DNA from: Mustelus asterias
Lineage: Eukaryota
Direction: 5' to 3'
DNA: 64,000 nt
Assembly (NCBI RefSeq): GCF_964213995.1
Contig: NC_135815.1
Span: forward strand, 2,294,001-2,358,000
Position numbers and translations under genes: made by a program. The notes beneath the pieces were generated by a model. That model was not told the origin of the DNA. It made no database searches and saw only the letters and a list, made by a program, of their open reading frames with translations. Each line of letters begins with the position of its first letter. Within the stretch, counting starts at the first letter, position 1. Of the stretch, positions 34,801 to 46,800 are shown in pieces.

Positions 34801-37800
34801 ATCAAAAGGGTTCGGTATAAACGCAAGTTTTTGGAATGGAGATGATCAAAGCTGAGAGAGGATAAGTACGGGGGCGATTCTCCCATTGCAAACCGCAACT
34901 TTTCTGACGGGTCGGGTGGGGAGATGCGCGTGTCGGCCATTTAGCGGGTTCCCCGCAAACATTTACGACCCGCGCGCATCTCCCAACTGGACAATAATGG
35001 TGCCGCTGGAACCACGCAGAAAACCGGCGGGAAGAGAGATAAGTGATTGAAATCTGATTTTAATGTATATATTAAACCAAAGGTGATCCAAGGTGAACTA
35101 TCAAGATGGGTACAGAACTGGCTTGGCCATAGAAGACAGAGGGTAGCAGTGGAGGGGTCTTTTTCTGATTGGGGTTCGTGACTAGTGGTGTTCCGTAGGG
35201 CTCTGTACTGGGACCTCTGCTGTTTGTGATATATATAAATGATTTGGAAGAAGATGTAGCTGGTGTGATCAGTAAGTTTGCGGACGACACAAAGATTGCT
35301 GGAGTTGCGGATAGTGATGAACATTGTCAGAGAATGCAGCAGGATATAGATAGGCTGGAAAGTTGGGCGGAGAAATGGCAGATAGAATTTAATCCAGATA
35401 AATGCAAAGTGATGCATTTTGATAGATCTAATAGATGGGGGAGCTATACAATAAATGGCAGAACCATCAGGAGCATAGACACACAGAGGGATGTGGGTGT
35501 GCAAGTCCACAGATCCTTAAAGGTGGCAGCCCCGATAAAAAGGTGGTGAAGAAGGCATATGGCATGCTTGCCTTTATTGGACAGGGAATAGAGTATAAAA
35601 GTTGGCATATGATGTTGCGGTTAGATAGAACGTTGGTTAAGCCACATTTGGAATACTGCGTCCAGTTCTGGCCGCCACACTACCAGAAGGACGTGGAGGT
35701 TTTGGAGAGAGTGCAGAAAAGGTTTACCAGGATGTTGCCTGGTATGGAGGGTATTAGCTATGAGGTGAGATTGAGTAAACTAGGGTTGTTCTCCCTGGAA
35801 AGACGGAGGTTGAGGGGCAACCTAATAGAAGTTGATAAAATTATGAAGGGCATAGGTAGGGTGAACAGCTGGAAGCTTTTTCCCAGGTCAGAAATGACAA
35901 ACACAAGGGGTCACAAGTTCAAGGTGAGGGGGGCAAGGTTCAATACAGATATGCGGGGGACGTATTTTACACAGAGGGTGGTGGGGGCCTGGAATGCACT
36001 ACCAAGCAAGGTGGTTGAGGCAGACGCGCTCGGATCATTTAAGACTTATCTAGATAGCCACATGAGCAGACTGGGAATAGAGGGATACAAACGGATGGTC
36101 TAGTTAGGAACACATGATCGGTGCAGGCTTGGAGGGCCGAAGGTCCTGTTCCTGAGCTGTATTGTTCTTTGTTTCTTTGTTTGTTTCTTTGTATTTTAAA
36201 TCTAGTTTGCATCTCCCATCCCGCCAGGAGGATGTCATTCGGCGGGGTTTAGAGTAGCTCCCCTTGTTCGGGGAACCAGTGGGAGACCCCGCCGGAGTGA
36301 AGGGGTGGCAATTGGGTCCCCCCCAGGGGTCTGGGCAAAAGGGGGGTGGTGCCCCCTGGGCATGGGCACGTTGGCACTACCCAGCAGGCATCATGCAATG
36401 TCAAGGGGGTGGGGTCCATTGTGGGAGGGGCCAAGGCAGTGACTGGTGGGGTTGGGGGGTTCCACTGCCACTCTGCATTGAGATTGGTCTGGGCTGGAGG
36501 GAGGCCAGCGATTGGGGCGGGCTGAGAGGGGTGGACTGCTCAGGGGGCCCTGCCTCCCTGGGGGGGGCTGCCTCCTGGGATGGGGGGTCTGACCCCAGGG
36601 GGGGGTTTCAGCAGGGGGGTGGGGTCTGCCTCCTGTCAGGAGGTCAGGGGGGAGTCTGCTGGGGTGAGTGGAGTGGGGGGATCACCACTGCTGTGTACGG
36701 GGGGCTGGGCATTGGGGTGCTCCAGGACGGGGTCGGGGGGGGGGGGTGGTAAGGGCTGGCCCAGGAATGGTCCTCGGGGCCGTGGAGGGGGCTGGAGGGG
36801 CAGCACTGTGGGGGTCCCGGGCTGGCCAGTGATCGATCTGGCCAGCAAATGGCGCATGCACAGAGTTCCAGAACTGCCAGACCCCGCCGCGAATAGGCCC
36901 CGCCTCCGGATTTTTAATAATATTAACAATTGGGACATCTGCATTGCACAGAGTGCAGAGATTCGGGCCTGAAAAAAGAATCATGATCGAAACCAGTTTT
37001 CTCGACAATTCAGCACTTTTGGGAGAATTGCCCTCTTCATTTCTGGGAATGGGAGTTTTTATTCCTGAGTTCCGGACACATAGTTTCTTGCAATAAAATA
37101 TAAATTGCAAATGGTTGTAGTAGCTTGATCAATTTTCCCTTTGTGATTTGGTCAGCCTGGTTATTACCACCTGCCATGTCTTAATGTGGATGGAAATTTG
37201 CATGAGGAGATACGAAGTTTGCTTGTGCTCACATGGGGAATTTCAGAGATAAATAACAGGGTATTTACAACTGGCAAAGATCAGAAATGAATAAAACAAT
37301 GTTATTAAATTTATTCTGATCAAAGGAATAGTGGCCATAAAGACAACACGCACAAGGCCGCTCTCTGCACACAAAAGGACTATGTTCCAGCTGTGCGCCT
37401 TTTTCCAAAATAAATGGGAAATTTGGGAGTCTCTAATTCAGACAACTCTCTCCATGGCAACAAGTCAGCCAATCTGAGTTGACTTTCTAACCAATTGTCC
37501 CATTTTTCTCCCGTTGAGTAAATTGTGATTGTTTGAAATTTAATATTCTTGTGTTTTTCCTGATGAGTGTAAAATGAAAAGCTTCAGCAACACGTCTCTC
37601 TATTCGATGAGATTCAGGTCCTAAACCACGAAGGGACGGATCATTTATAATTCCTCACACAAATCGATATGACTTCATTTGAATCACCCAGCCCATTGGT
37701 TCAGTCTCAGCATCTCTTTAACAACAAACTTTCCCTTTAAACGTTTTGTAACCTCCAGACTGGTTTTTAAATTGTTGATATTTTCCTCTTTTTAAAGGTG

Positions 37801-40800
37801 CGAATGTTCCAGTCCTTACCCAGTCTCCGAGTGTGGAACGTGTCACAGAGGGTCAGACTGCACGGTTACAGTGCACCATGGGGAACGCTGCAGTGACAGA
37901 CACTGATGTTCACTGGCACCGGGAGCTACCTGGGAAAGATTGGGAGAGAATTTTAACACTGGATACAGGCAATAACATACACCGGAGCCCAGGTTTCACT
38001 GAGCGTTTCCAGCCTTCCAGAGACACCTCCAATAACAGCTTCATTCTGACAATCACCGTGGTGCAGCCCAGTGACACTGCTGTCTATTACTGCTCAGTGT
38101 GGGGAGATATCAGTGGGAACGGGACACAGCTGAATGTAACCAGTAAGTCCAGTTTACATAACAATCTCCTGAAGTAATCACCACTTGTGACTGTGTGGGA
38201 GATGAGGATGTGAGAAATATCACAAACCCCTGTGGTAATGGGAACACATTAGAAAAATAGACTGGGTGATCTCATGCGCTCTTATTAAAGAATAAAAATT
38301 GTGCATCGCTCCTGATTTCTCAGTCTTCAATTCTTTGACATTTTCTCTGTTTCTCTGTTTCTGTTTGTTTCTAATCTTTCTCCCTCTCCTTTGTTTACTC
38401 AGCTTTCTGTCAGCGTGCTGTCTCCAGCTGTTTCTGTTTTATATTCATTCTTGGTGGGCATTACTGGTTAGGGTCCACCACTAGTTGTCCTTGAGAAGGT
38501 GGTGATGAAACAGCCTCTTGAACTGTTGCAGTCCATGTGGTGTAGGTGCATCCACAGTGCTGTCAGGATTGGAAATTCCAGGATTCTGACCCAGCGACAG
38601 TGAAGGAACAGCGATATATTTCCAAGTCAGGATGGCGAGTGACTCGGCGAGAAGCCTCCAGGTGGTGGTGTTCCCCATGTGCCTGCTGCCCTTGTCCTTT
38701 TAGAGTCATAGTCATCGAGTCGTAGAGTGCAGAAATGGTAGAGGTTATGGGTTTGGAAGGTTCTGTATTTGGAGCCTTGGTGAGTTCCTGCAGTGCATCT
38801 TGTAGATGGTACACACGGCTGTCACTGTGTGTCCATGGTGGTGGGAATGAATGTTTAATGTGATGGGTGAGGTCCCAATCAAGCACATTGGCTTTGTTCT
38901 GGATGGTGTCGAGCTTCTTGAGTGTTGTTGGAGCTGTAGTCATCCAGACCAGTGGAGAGTATTCCATCACACTGCTGACTTGTGCCTTGCAGGTGGTGGA
39001 CAGGCTTTGGGGAGTCAGGAGGTGAGTTACCCTCTGCAGGATTCCCAGCCTCTGACCTGCTCTTGTAGCCATAGCTTTTATATGGCTGGCCCAGTTCAGT
39101 TTTTGAACAATTCTAACCCCAGGATGTTGACAGTGGGGATTCAGTGATGGAAATGCCATTGAATGTCAAGGGGCGATGGTTAGATCCTGTCTTGTTGGAA
39201 ATGTTCATTGCCTGACACTAATGTTACCCACCACATATCAGCCCAAGTCTGAATGTTGTCCAGGTCCTGCTGTGTGCAGGAACAGCCTGCTTCAGCAATG
39301 GAGGAGTAATGAATGGTCCAATCATTAATGAACATCCTCACTTCTGACCTTATGATGGAAGGAAGGTTATTGATGAAGCAGCTGAAGATGGTTGGGCCTC
39401 GGAAGCTATCCTGAGGCACTCCTGCAGTGATGTCCTGGAGCTGAGATGATTGACCTCCACCCATCTTCCTTTGCTCCGGGTATGACTGCAGGTGGAGAGG
39501 AAAAGGTGAGGAAAGCAGTGAGAAGAGTGGGATTCAGGAAATTAGGGGTTTCTGGGAATATGATGTCGTACATGAGAAATGAGCAGGGAACCAGTAGAGG
39601 CTGGGATCAGGGAGGAAGAATGGGTGAGGTTTCGAGCTTGGCACACTGCTGGGTGCCAGGAATAGGGAGAGTCATAGGGATGAGGAACGTACGTTAGCCG
39701 AGGCAACAATGTCCACATCTTGGGAAAGACAATGCTTCAGGTTGGGATCCGTAGAAGGAGCACAGCCAAATTGCCTCTTTAGAGTTGGGAACCATGTGTC
39801 AGGCCATTTCATCTCAAAAAACAACTGTCTGGCTATCTGTTCAATATGTTACTGTTGATAGAGTTGCCAGATGCCCTTGTTATGAATCTTGGTTGAGTTC
39901 CAGATTGACTATGGACCGAGTCAATGAAATAATGTTAACATAGTTTGAAGCAAAGTGCTCCTAGTTATTTGACTGACATTTCTAAGGTTGCGAGAAGTTT
40001 CTTTCTTTGTGGTTTTTCAATGCCTGTTTGTTTATTTGAACGCAGTTAAGAGATGTTAAAAGGCTTAAAACTTTACCCACTGATGCTACGAATGGCAATG
40101 GTTATTTGCCTCTTTGCTCACTGTGTCAATTTCAGAAACATTTCAATGAATTTCCAGCTGTGCTCATGGCACATGGCTTCTGTACATCGTGGATACTTGG
40201 AGAGTGGGTGTGGAGTATGCATGGGAAAATGGAAAGGGCATGAGGTTGCAGTAAGCAGGGAAGGATATAATGAGTCATGGAGGAGGCCTGAGGGTTATCA
40301 GGAAGGGCGGGATCTTAGAGTGAAGTTCCACAATTGGCAGAATGTAACAGGACAGGTCGATATGGTGGGATAAGTTTGAAATTCCCTGTGTCTCTTTTTA
40401 CCAATTCCCAACAATCCCGGAAGGGGAAAATCCAGGCCAGATTGATAGGATGGGGTAAAGAAGAGGATTAGCAGCAGTAAATCAGTCCGTGTGCGGTCAC
40501 GCTGCAATTATTATACAGGAAATTTCAAACTTTATACCTTTACTTTCACCTTTCATTCATCTTTTTAAACAATAATTTGAGTTCTTCCAATAATCAGCTG
40601 TGAAGATTGTGAAGTTTATCCGTTTGATAGTTTGTTTTCTGTGGTTGGGAATGTGCACTGAATGGATAATATCAGCAAATTCTAGAACATTCAGCCCTTT
40701 TGTCACATCATTCCCTCCCTCGTTGCAAACAACTATTTCCATGTTGGAAGAATGAGAAAATTGGGGTGGCACGATGGCCCAATGATTAGCATTGCTGCCT

Positions 40801-43800
40801 CACAGAGCCACAGACATGGGTTCGATTCCCAGCTTGGGTCACTGTCTGTGTGGAGTCTGCACGTTCTCCCCGTTTCTGCATGGGTTTCCTCCAGGTGCTC
40901 CGGTTTCCTCCTACAGTCTGAAAGATGTGCTGGTTAGGGTGCATTGACCCGAACAGGCACCTAAGTGTGGCAACGAGGGGATTTTCACAGTAACTTCACT
41001 GCAGTGTTAATGTGAGCCTACTTGTGACTAATAAATACATTTTACTTTAGAATACTCTGCAGATCATTATTGTAACCAGAAGAAGATTTCTAAAATGTTG
41101 CATTTCAAGTTCTATGATTTTTCTTTCTCAATATTAACAGCTCCATTGTCTGACCCAGTCCTCATGCAGTATCCAACAGTCAGCAAGGTGCCAGAGGGTC
41201 AGGCTGTCGACTTACAATGTGCCATGTACAATGCCAGTGTGATTGACACTGATGTCCACTGGCGTTACCAGCGAGCTGGCTACCACAGTGAGTGGCTGAT
41301 CAGCCAGTTTGTGAATGGCACCATTACCAAGTCCCGGGATTCCCACCACCGTTTTCAGCCTTCCCGGAATGTCAGCAGCAACAGCTACATTCTGACCATT
41401 GTGAATGTGACCCTCAAAGATACAGCTGTGTACAGATGCAGTGTGTGGAGCTACATTCATGGAGCAGGGACCCAGCTCAATGTCACTGGTAAGTCAATGC
41501 TGAGTGACTGGCGTGTGCATGGAATGGAAGGGAGCATACAGAATGGCAGAGTGCTCATCCAGGCCTTCGTTCCAAAGATTGAATTAGGTTGGACTGGTTA
41601 GGAAGTCAGGCCTGGAGGGACCTAAGTGAGAAACTGAATCACAGAATTGCACAGAAGACCATTCGTCCCATCATGTTTTCACCCTCGCTCTGAATGCTCA
41701 ACTCGCCGAGTGCCATTCCCCTGCAACCCTGAACATTTCTCCACTTTCGATAACAGTCTAATTCCCTTTTGAATGCTTCAATTGAACCGGTCTCCACCAC
41801 ACTCTCAGACAGTGCATTCCAGATCCTAACCACTCGCTGTGTGAATCTGTCTCCACCACACTCTCAGACAGTGCATTCCAGATCCTAACCACTCGCTGTG
41901 TGAATCTGTCTCCACCACACTCTCAGACAGTGCATTCCAGATCCTAACCACTCGCTGTGTGAATCTGTCTCCACCACACTCTCAGACAGTGCATTCCAGA
42001 TCCTAACCACTTGGTGTGTGAATCTGTCTCCACCACACTCTCAGACAGTGCATTCCAGATCCTAACCACTCGCTGTGTGAACCGGTCTCCACCACACTCT
42101 CAGACAGTGCATTCCAGATCCTAACCACTCGCTGTGTGAATCTGTCTCCACCACACTCTCAGACAGTGCATTCCAGATCCTAACCACTCGCTGTGTGAAT
42201 CTGTCTCCACCACACTCTCAGACAGTGCATTCCAGATCCTAACGTCTCGCTGTGTGAAAAGGTTTTTTCTTCATTTCTCTTTGGTAAATTACTTTATTTT
42301 GATGCCCTGTGGTTCTCGATCCTTTCACAATGGGAACAGTTTCTCCTGATCTACTCTGTCAGACCTCCAATGGTTTTGAATACGTGTCAAATTTCCTCTC
42401 AGCCTTCTCTCCTCCATGGAAATCAGTCCTAATTTCTACAATACTTCTCCAAAGGCCAGGATACTGTGTGCTTTATTAACTGCTCTCTCCACCTGTCCTG
42501 TCAGCTTCAATGAATTATGCATACACACACTCAACTGTCTCTGTTTCTGCACCCCCTTTAGATTTGTAACCCCTATTTACATTGTCTCTTTATGTTCTTC
42601 CCACCGACATGTATCTCCTCACATTTCTCCGTGTTGAACTTTATCTGCCACCTGTCTGCCCACTCCAACATTTTGTCTCTGTCCTTTTGAATTTCCAAAC
42701 GATATTCCTCACAGTTTCCAATACTCTCAAGTTTCAGATCACCCACAAATGTTGAAATTGTGTTCTGTACACTAAGGTCTCGGTCATTCATGTATCTCAG
42801 GAAAAGCAAGATCCCAGCACTCAGCCCTGGGGAACTCCACTACAAATGATGGGCTGATCTTGGGCTTGAACTCCATTCGCTGCCTGCTCACCATGTCTCT
42901 GAATTCCCCGACAGAGCAACATCTCTGTATTCCAGCCTTAAATGTATTTAACAATGGAGCATCCACATCCCTCTGGGTGCAGCACTGGAGAGATGGTTGC
43001 TGAGTTTGTGAGGTTTGGTGAGTGTGGACAGGCAGAGAAAGCGGATCATTCCTCATCCTCCCAACTTCACACAAACAAGCGTTTGGAAGCTCTGGGATTG
43101 TTTTGAATGTTCTGTGATTCTTTGGTATTGGTGCAAACTGCTACTGGATCACGGGTCTCTGCTCTGCTGTATGACTGATCTCTGGGATTGTTTCAGATCC
43201 ATAAAAAAAGGCAACAATGTTAGAGGAAGAAGCCATTATGTTGCACTGGCCTTTCATTCCAGGCTGTTAACTTGCCACGTATCAAAGGGACATGTTTACC
43301 CGAATGTGCTCAGCAGAAACTGATGGAAACAGGTTCTGTCTGATTTTATTTCCATTCAGGTCGATGTACATTACTCAAACTGAAGCTGTAGTGTGTGTAA
43401 CATTCTGATATTTTACAGAAGAATCATCCTCCAATAATCCCTGGATTTCAGATCCCGTTGTGTTAAGCCTGGCTATCATTCTGCCCTTGGTTGTCTTGTT
43501 CTGCATTGCTCTGCTCACAGGTTATCTTGTAAAAAAGAGGTTCTGTTCAGCAAAGAACTCCACACCAAGGTAAATACGATTCATCTTGTGTCTGCTGCTG
43601 TAACTGGACAGGGGCACTATTTTATAACTTGCTGCTTTTAGTGAGGAGTAACTTTTCCCTTGTCACGTACAGTTCATGCGGAGTGACCTGCTACTGATGA
43701 GAGCCACACATGTCCAGATGCTCAACTGGTGCCAGTCATCTCCAACTGTCACGGCATCACACTTACTCCAGCACTGACCAACAGGCACCTAACCTGCTGC

Positions 43801-46800
43801 TGAGAGTCAGGAAGGTTTTAACAGTTAAAGTACGAAACATCACCCTCAGGATATAAGTGCTGGATAATTCCCCACCTAGCCCACCGAATGAACTAGATCA
43901 GAGCGCTGGTTTCATGCCTGTGTCTCGCTCGCTGCACAGTCCCTCATGATGCTCAGACCAAGTGAGAACAGTTAGAATGGACACTCTGTGTAAGCAGCCT
44001 ACCTCAGCCATTACCCTCCCCACAAGGAAACAATCCAATCATATTTACCCACCCTGTTCCCACATCTCTTCAGTTTCCTTTTCCATCACCTCCCCCTCGA
44101 ATCTAATCTCAATGCTGACATTATTTCTGCCTCACCCTCCCTTACGTGGCCAGGAGTTCCAACCTGTCTGGAAGAGACTGAGACACAGGTTCTGTCCCCT
44201 TGTCCCCAATCCAAACTCCCTGTGTGTCTTCTCGCTGCTCCCCGGGCTTTATTTAGGAAATGATTCAGTTGATCTTGCTCATCCGTGAAATCTTCCATAA
44301 AAAACTAATATGGGAAATCCATGTTGAAAAATCTAAACTGCATCTCCACCCAGAGTGTGAATATTACAGCGCTGTTCTGTGGTAAAGCCGCAATGAAGCT
44401 AATGTGTGGCATTTCTTTAGGGTTCCTGATGGAGACCAGAACCCTGTGTACGAAACAGTGGATAGTAAGTAAACTCATTCAATCATTATTGCAAAGCTTG
44501 GCAGGAATTACTCTCAATCCCAGATGTCCCTTTGATGCTGATAGTTTTGTGATGTAATTAACTTGCGAATAATTTGACCAATTCATTGTCTGATTGACAG
44601 AATTTACTGTTAAAGGTTGTAAATCTACATCCTACAGAATGAAGATGGCAGGAGGCTGCCCCCAGCCTTGTAGCTGCACTGTGAAACACCCCCTCAGTGT
44701 GGCAATGCTGCAGCCAGTGGTCCCAAAGAGATAGAAACTTCCAGAAAGCCCAAGGAACCAGCTTGTAGTGATCACGCCTTTGTAGATCGAGCACATTGTC
44801 CGTTCCCAGAGGGATTCCTCGGGATAGAGAAGGTTCAGATCTGACCCAGTAAAGAGTTTAAAGATGGTGAGGTTTTGATGGAGAGAAAACCTATTCCCTC
44901 TGGCGAACGGATCAATAACCAGCGGTCATCGATTTCAAATCACTGGGTAAAGATCTCGAGGGCAGATGGGGAGAAATGAGAATTGTCGGGATGTGGAATA
45001 CTCGAGCTGGGAATGTGCTGGAAGCTGATTCCAGAAATAATCAGAAAAGAGAGTTGGACAAGTGCTGGAGGATGAGGAATTTCCAGGATAGTGGATAAAA
45101 AGCAGGAATGTGGGATGAAGCCCAATGGCTGTATTAATGACCTAGTACAGGCCGAATGGGGCGAATGGCCTCCTCCTGTTGTGTGAGATTCTGATTTGGA
45201 TGATGAGGTTTCGAAGACAGTGCAGCTGATGGAGAATAATCCACACGTCCCCCATTAGCTTCACTCTGAGAAAACTGCCCAAGGTGACACTGGGATTTTT
45301 CATTCGCTCTCATTCCAAGTTGAAAAAGCTCCATCTTTCCGTGGATCTATTCAGAAGTAACATCGTTGTGTTTCCTTTCAGATAAAACCCAGAGCAGCAA
45401 TCAAGAAGCAGCTTCTTCTGCCTTGGTAAGGAAATGCCGTACAGCTGTTGTGTTTTACTGTATTTTTCATACTTCAGCTTTGCAAACTGCTTCCAAAATA
45501 GGCAGCACATTGTATTCCACAGGAGCACGACCCATATTACTGTAAGAATGACAAATCATTGCTGTGTTACAGACAGGAGAGTGATAGCAACCTGCGCTGA
45601 GTTCTCCACACCACCTGTCTCAGCAGAAGCACTTTTGAATTCTTTTTGAAGAATGTGGCGGCACCTTTTCCCAATCCTTTGTTTTGTGTGAACCAATGTA
45701 CGAAGAAACTGCAGGAAACTCAAGTTATCATTAACACAGAAAGTTAACTTAAACCTGGAGAGGAATATTCACAACTTCCCACTCCACCACACACACACAC
45801 CCTCNNNNNNNNNNNNNNNNNNNNNNNNNNNNNNNNNNNNNNNNNNNNNNNNNNNNNNNNNNNNNNNNNNNNNNNNNNNNNNNNNNNNNNNNNNNNNNNN
45901 NNNNNNNNNNNNNNNNNNNNNNNNNNNNNNNNNNNNNNNNNNNNNNNNNNNNNNNNNNNNNNNNNNNNNNNNNNNNNNNNNNNNNNNNNNNNNNNNNNNC
46001 ACGCACACCCGCACACGCACGCCTGCACACCTTCACACACGCACACCCTCACACACGCACACCCTCACACGCACACCCTCACACGCACACACACATCCAC
46101 ACACACACCCTCACACACACACCCTCACACACACACCCTCACACACACACCCTCACACACACACACCCTCACTCACACACACACCGCGCACACATCCATG
46201 CACATACACCCCTTCACATACACAAAAACCCATACACACGCGCACTCACATACATGCACAATCACACGCGCACTCACATGCGCACTCACACAGACGCACA
46301 CGCAGATACATGGACACGCATACGGACACACCCACAGACACTGTGGCCACACTTGGAATACTGTGCACAGTTCTGGGCTCCCTATTATCGAAAGGATATT
46401 ATTAAACTAGAAAGAGTGCAGAAAAGGTTTACTAGGATGCTACCGGGACTTGATGGATTGAGTTATAAGGAGAGGCTGGATAGACTGGGACTTTTCTTCC
46501 TGGCGTGTAGGAGGCTGAGGGGTGACCTTATCGAGGTCTATAAAATAATGAGGGGCATAGATGAGCTAGATTGTCAACATCTTTTCCCAAAGGTAGGGGA
46601 GTCTAAAACTAGAGGGCATAGGTTTAAGGTGAGAGGGAGAGATACAAAAGGGTCCAGAGGGGAAAATATTTCCATTCAGAGGGTGGTGAGTGTCTGGAAC
46701 AAGCTGCCGGAGGTAGTAGTAGAGGCGGATACAATTTTGTCTTTTGAAAAGCATTTAGATAGTTACATGGGTAAGATGAGCTTGCGGAGCGCCGCTCCTT

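Noticed and set aside
36264-37110. Gly/Pro-rich ORFs of 100-160 aa
   Set aside because: By-product of the GC-rich interior of a TIR element; no recognisable domain.
37196-37203. Octamer ATTTGCAT as an Ig-type promoter for V3
   Set aside because: No leader exon follows (the next ATG frame, MGNFRDK*, stops quickly), and the octamer also occurs inside TEs here.
22501-41488. Rearranging TCR/Ig locus (V segments)
   Set aside because: No CACAGTG/nonamer after YYC, the J-like strand is already in the exon, there are no per-V leaders or C1 exon, and the V exons are phase-compatible with each other and with a TM exon.
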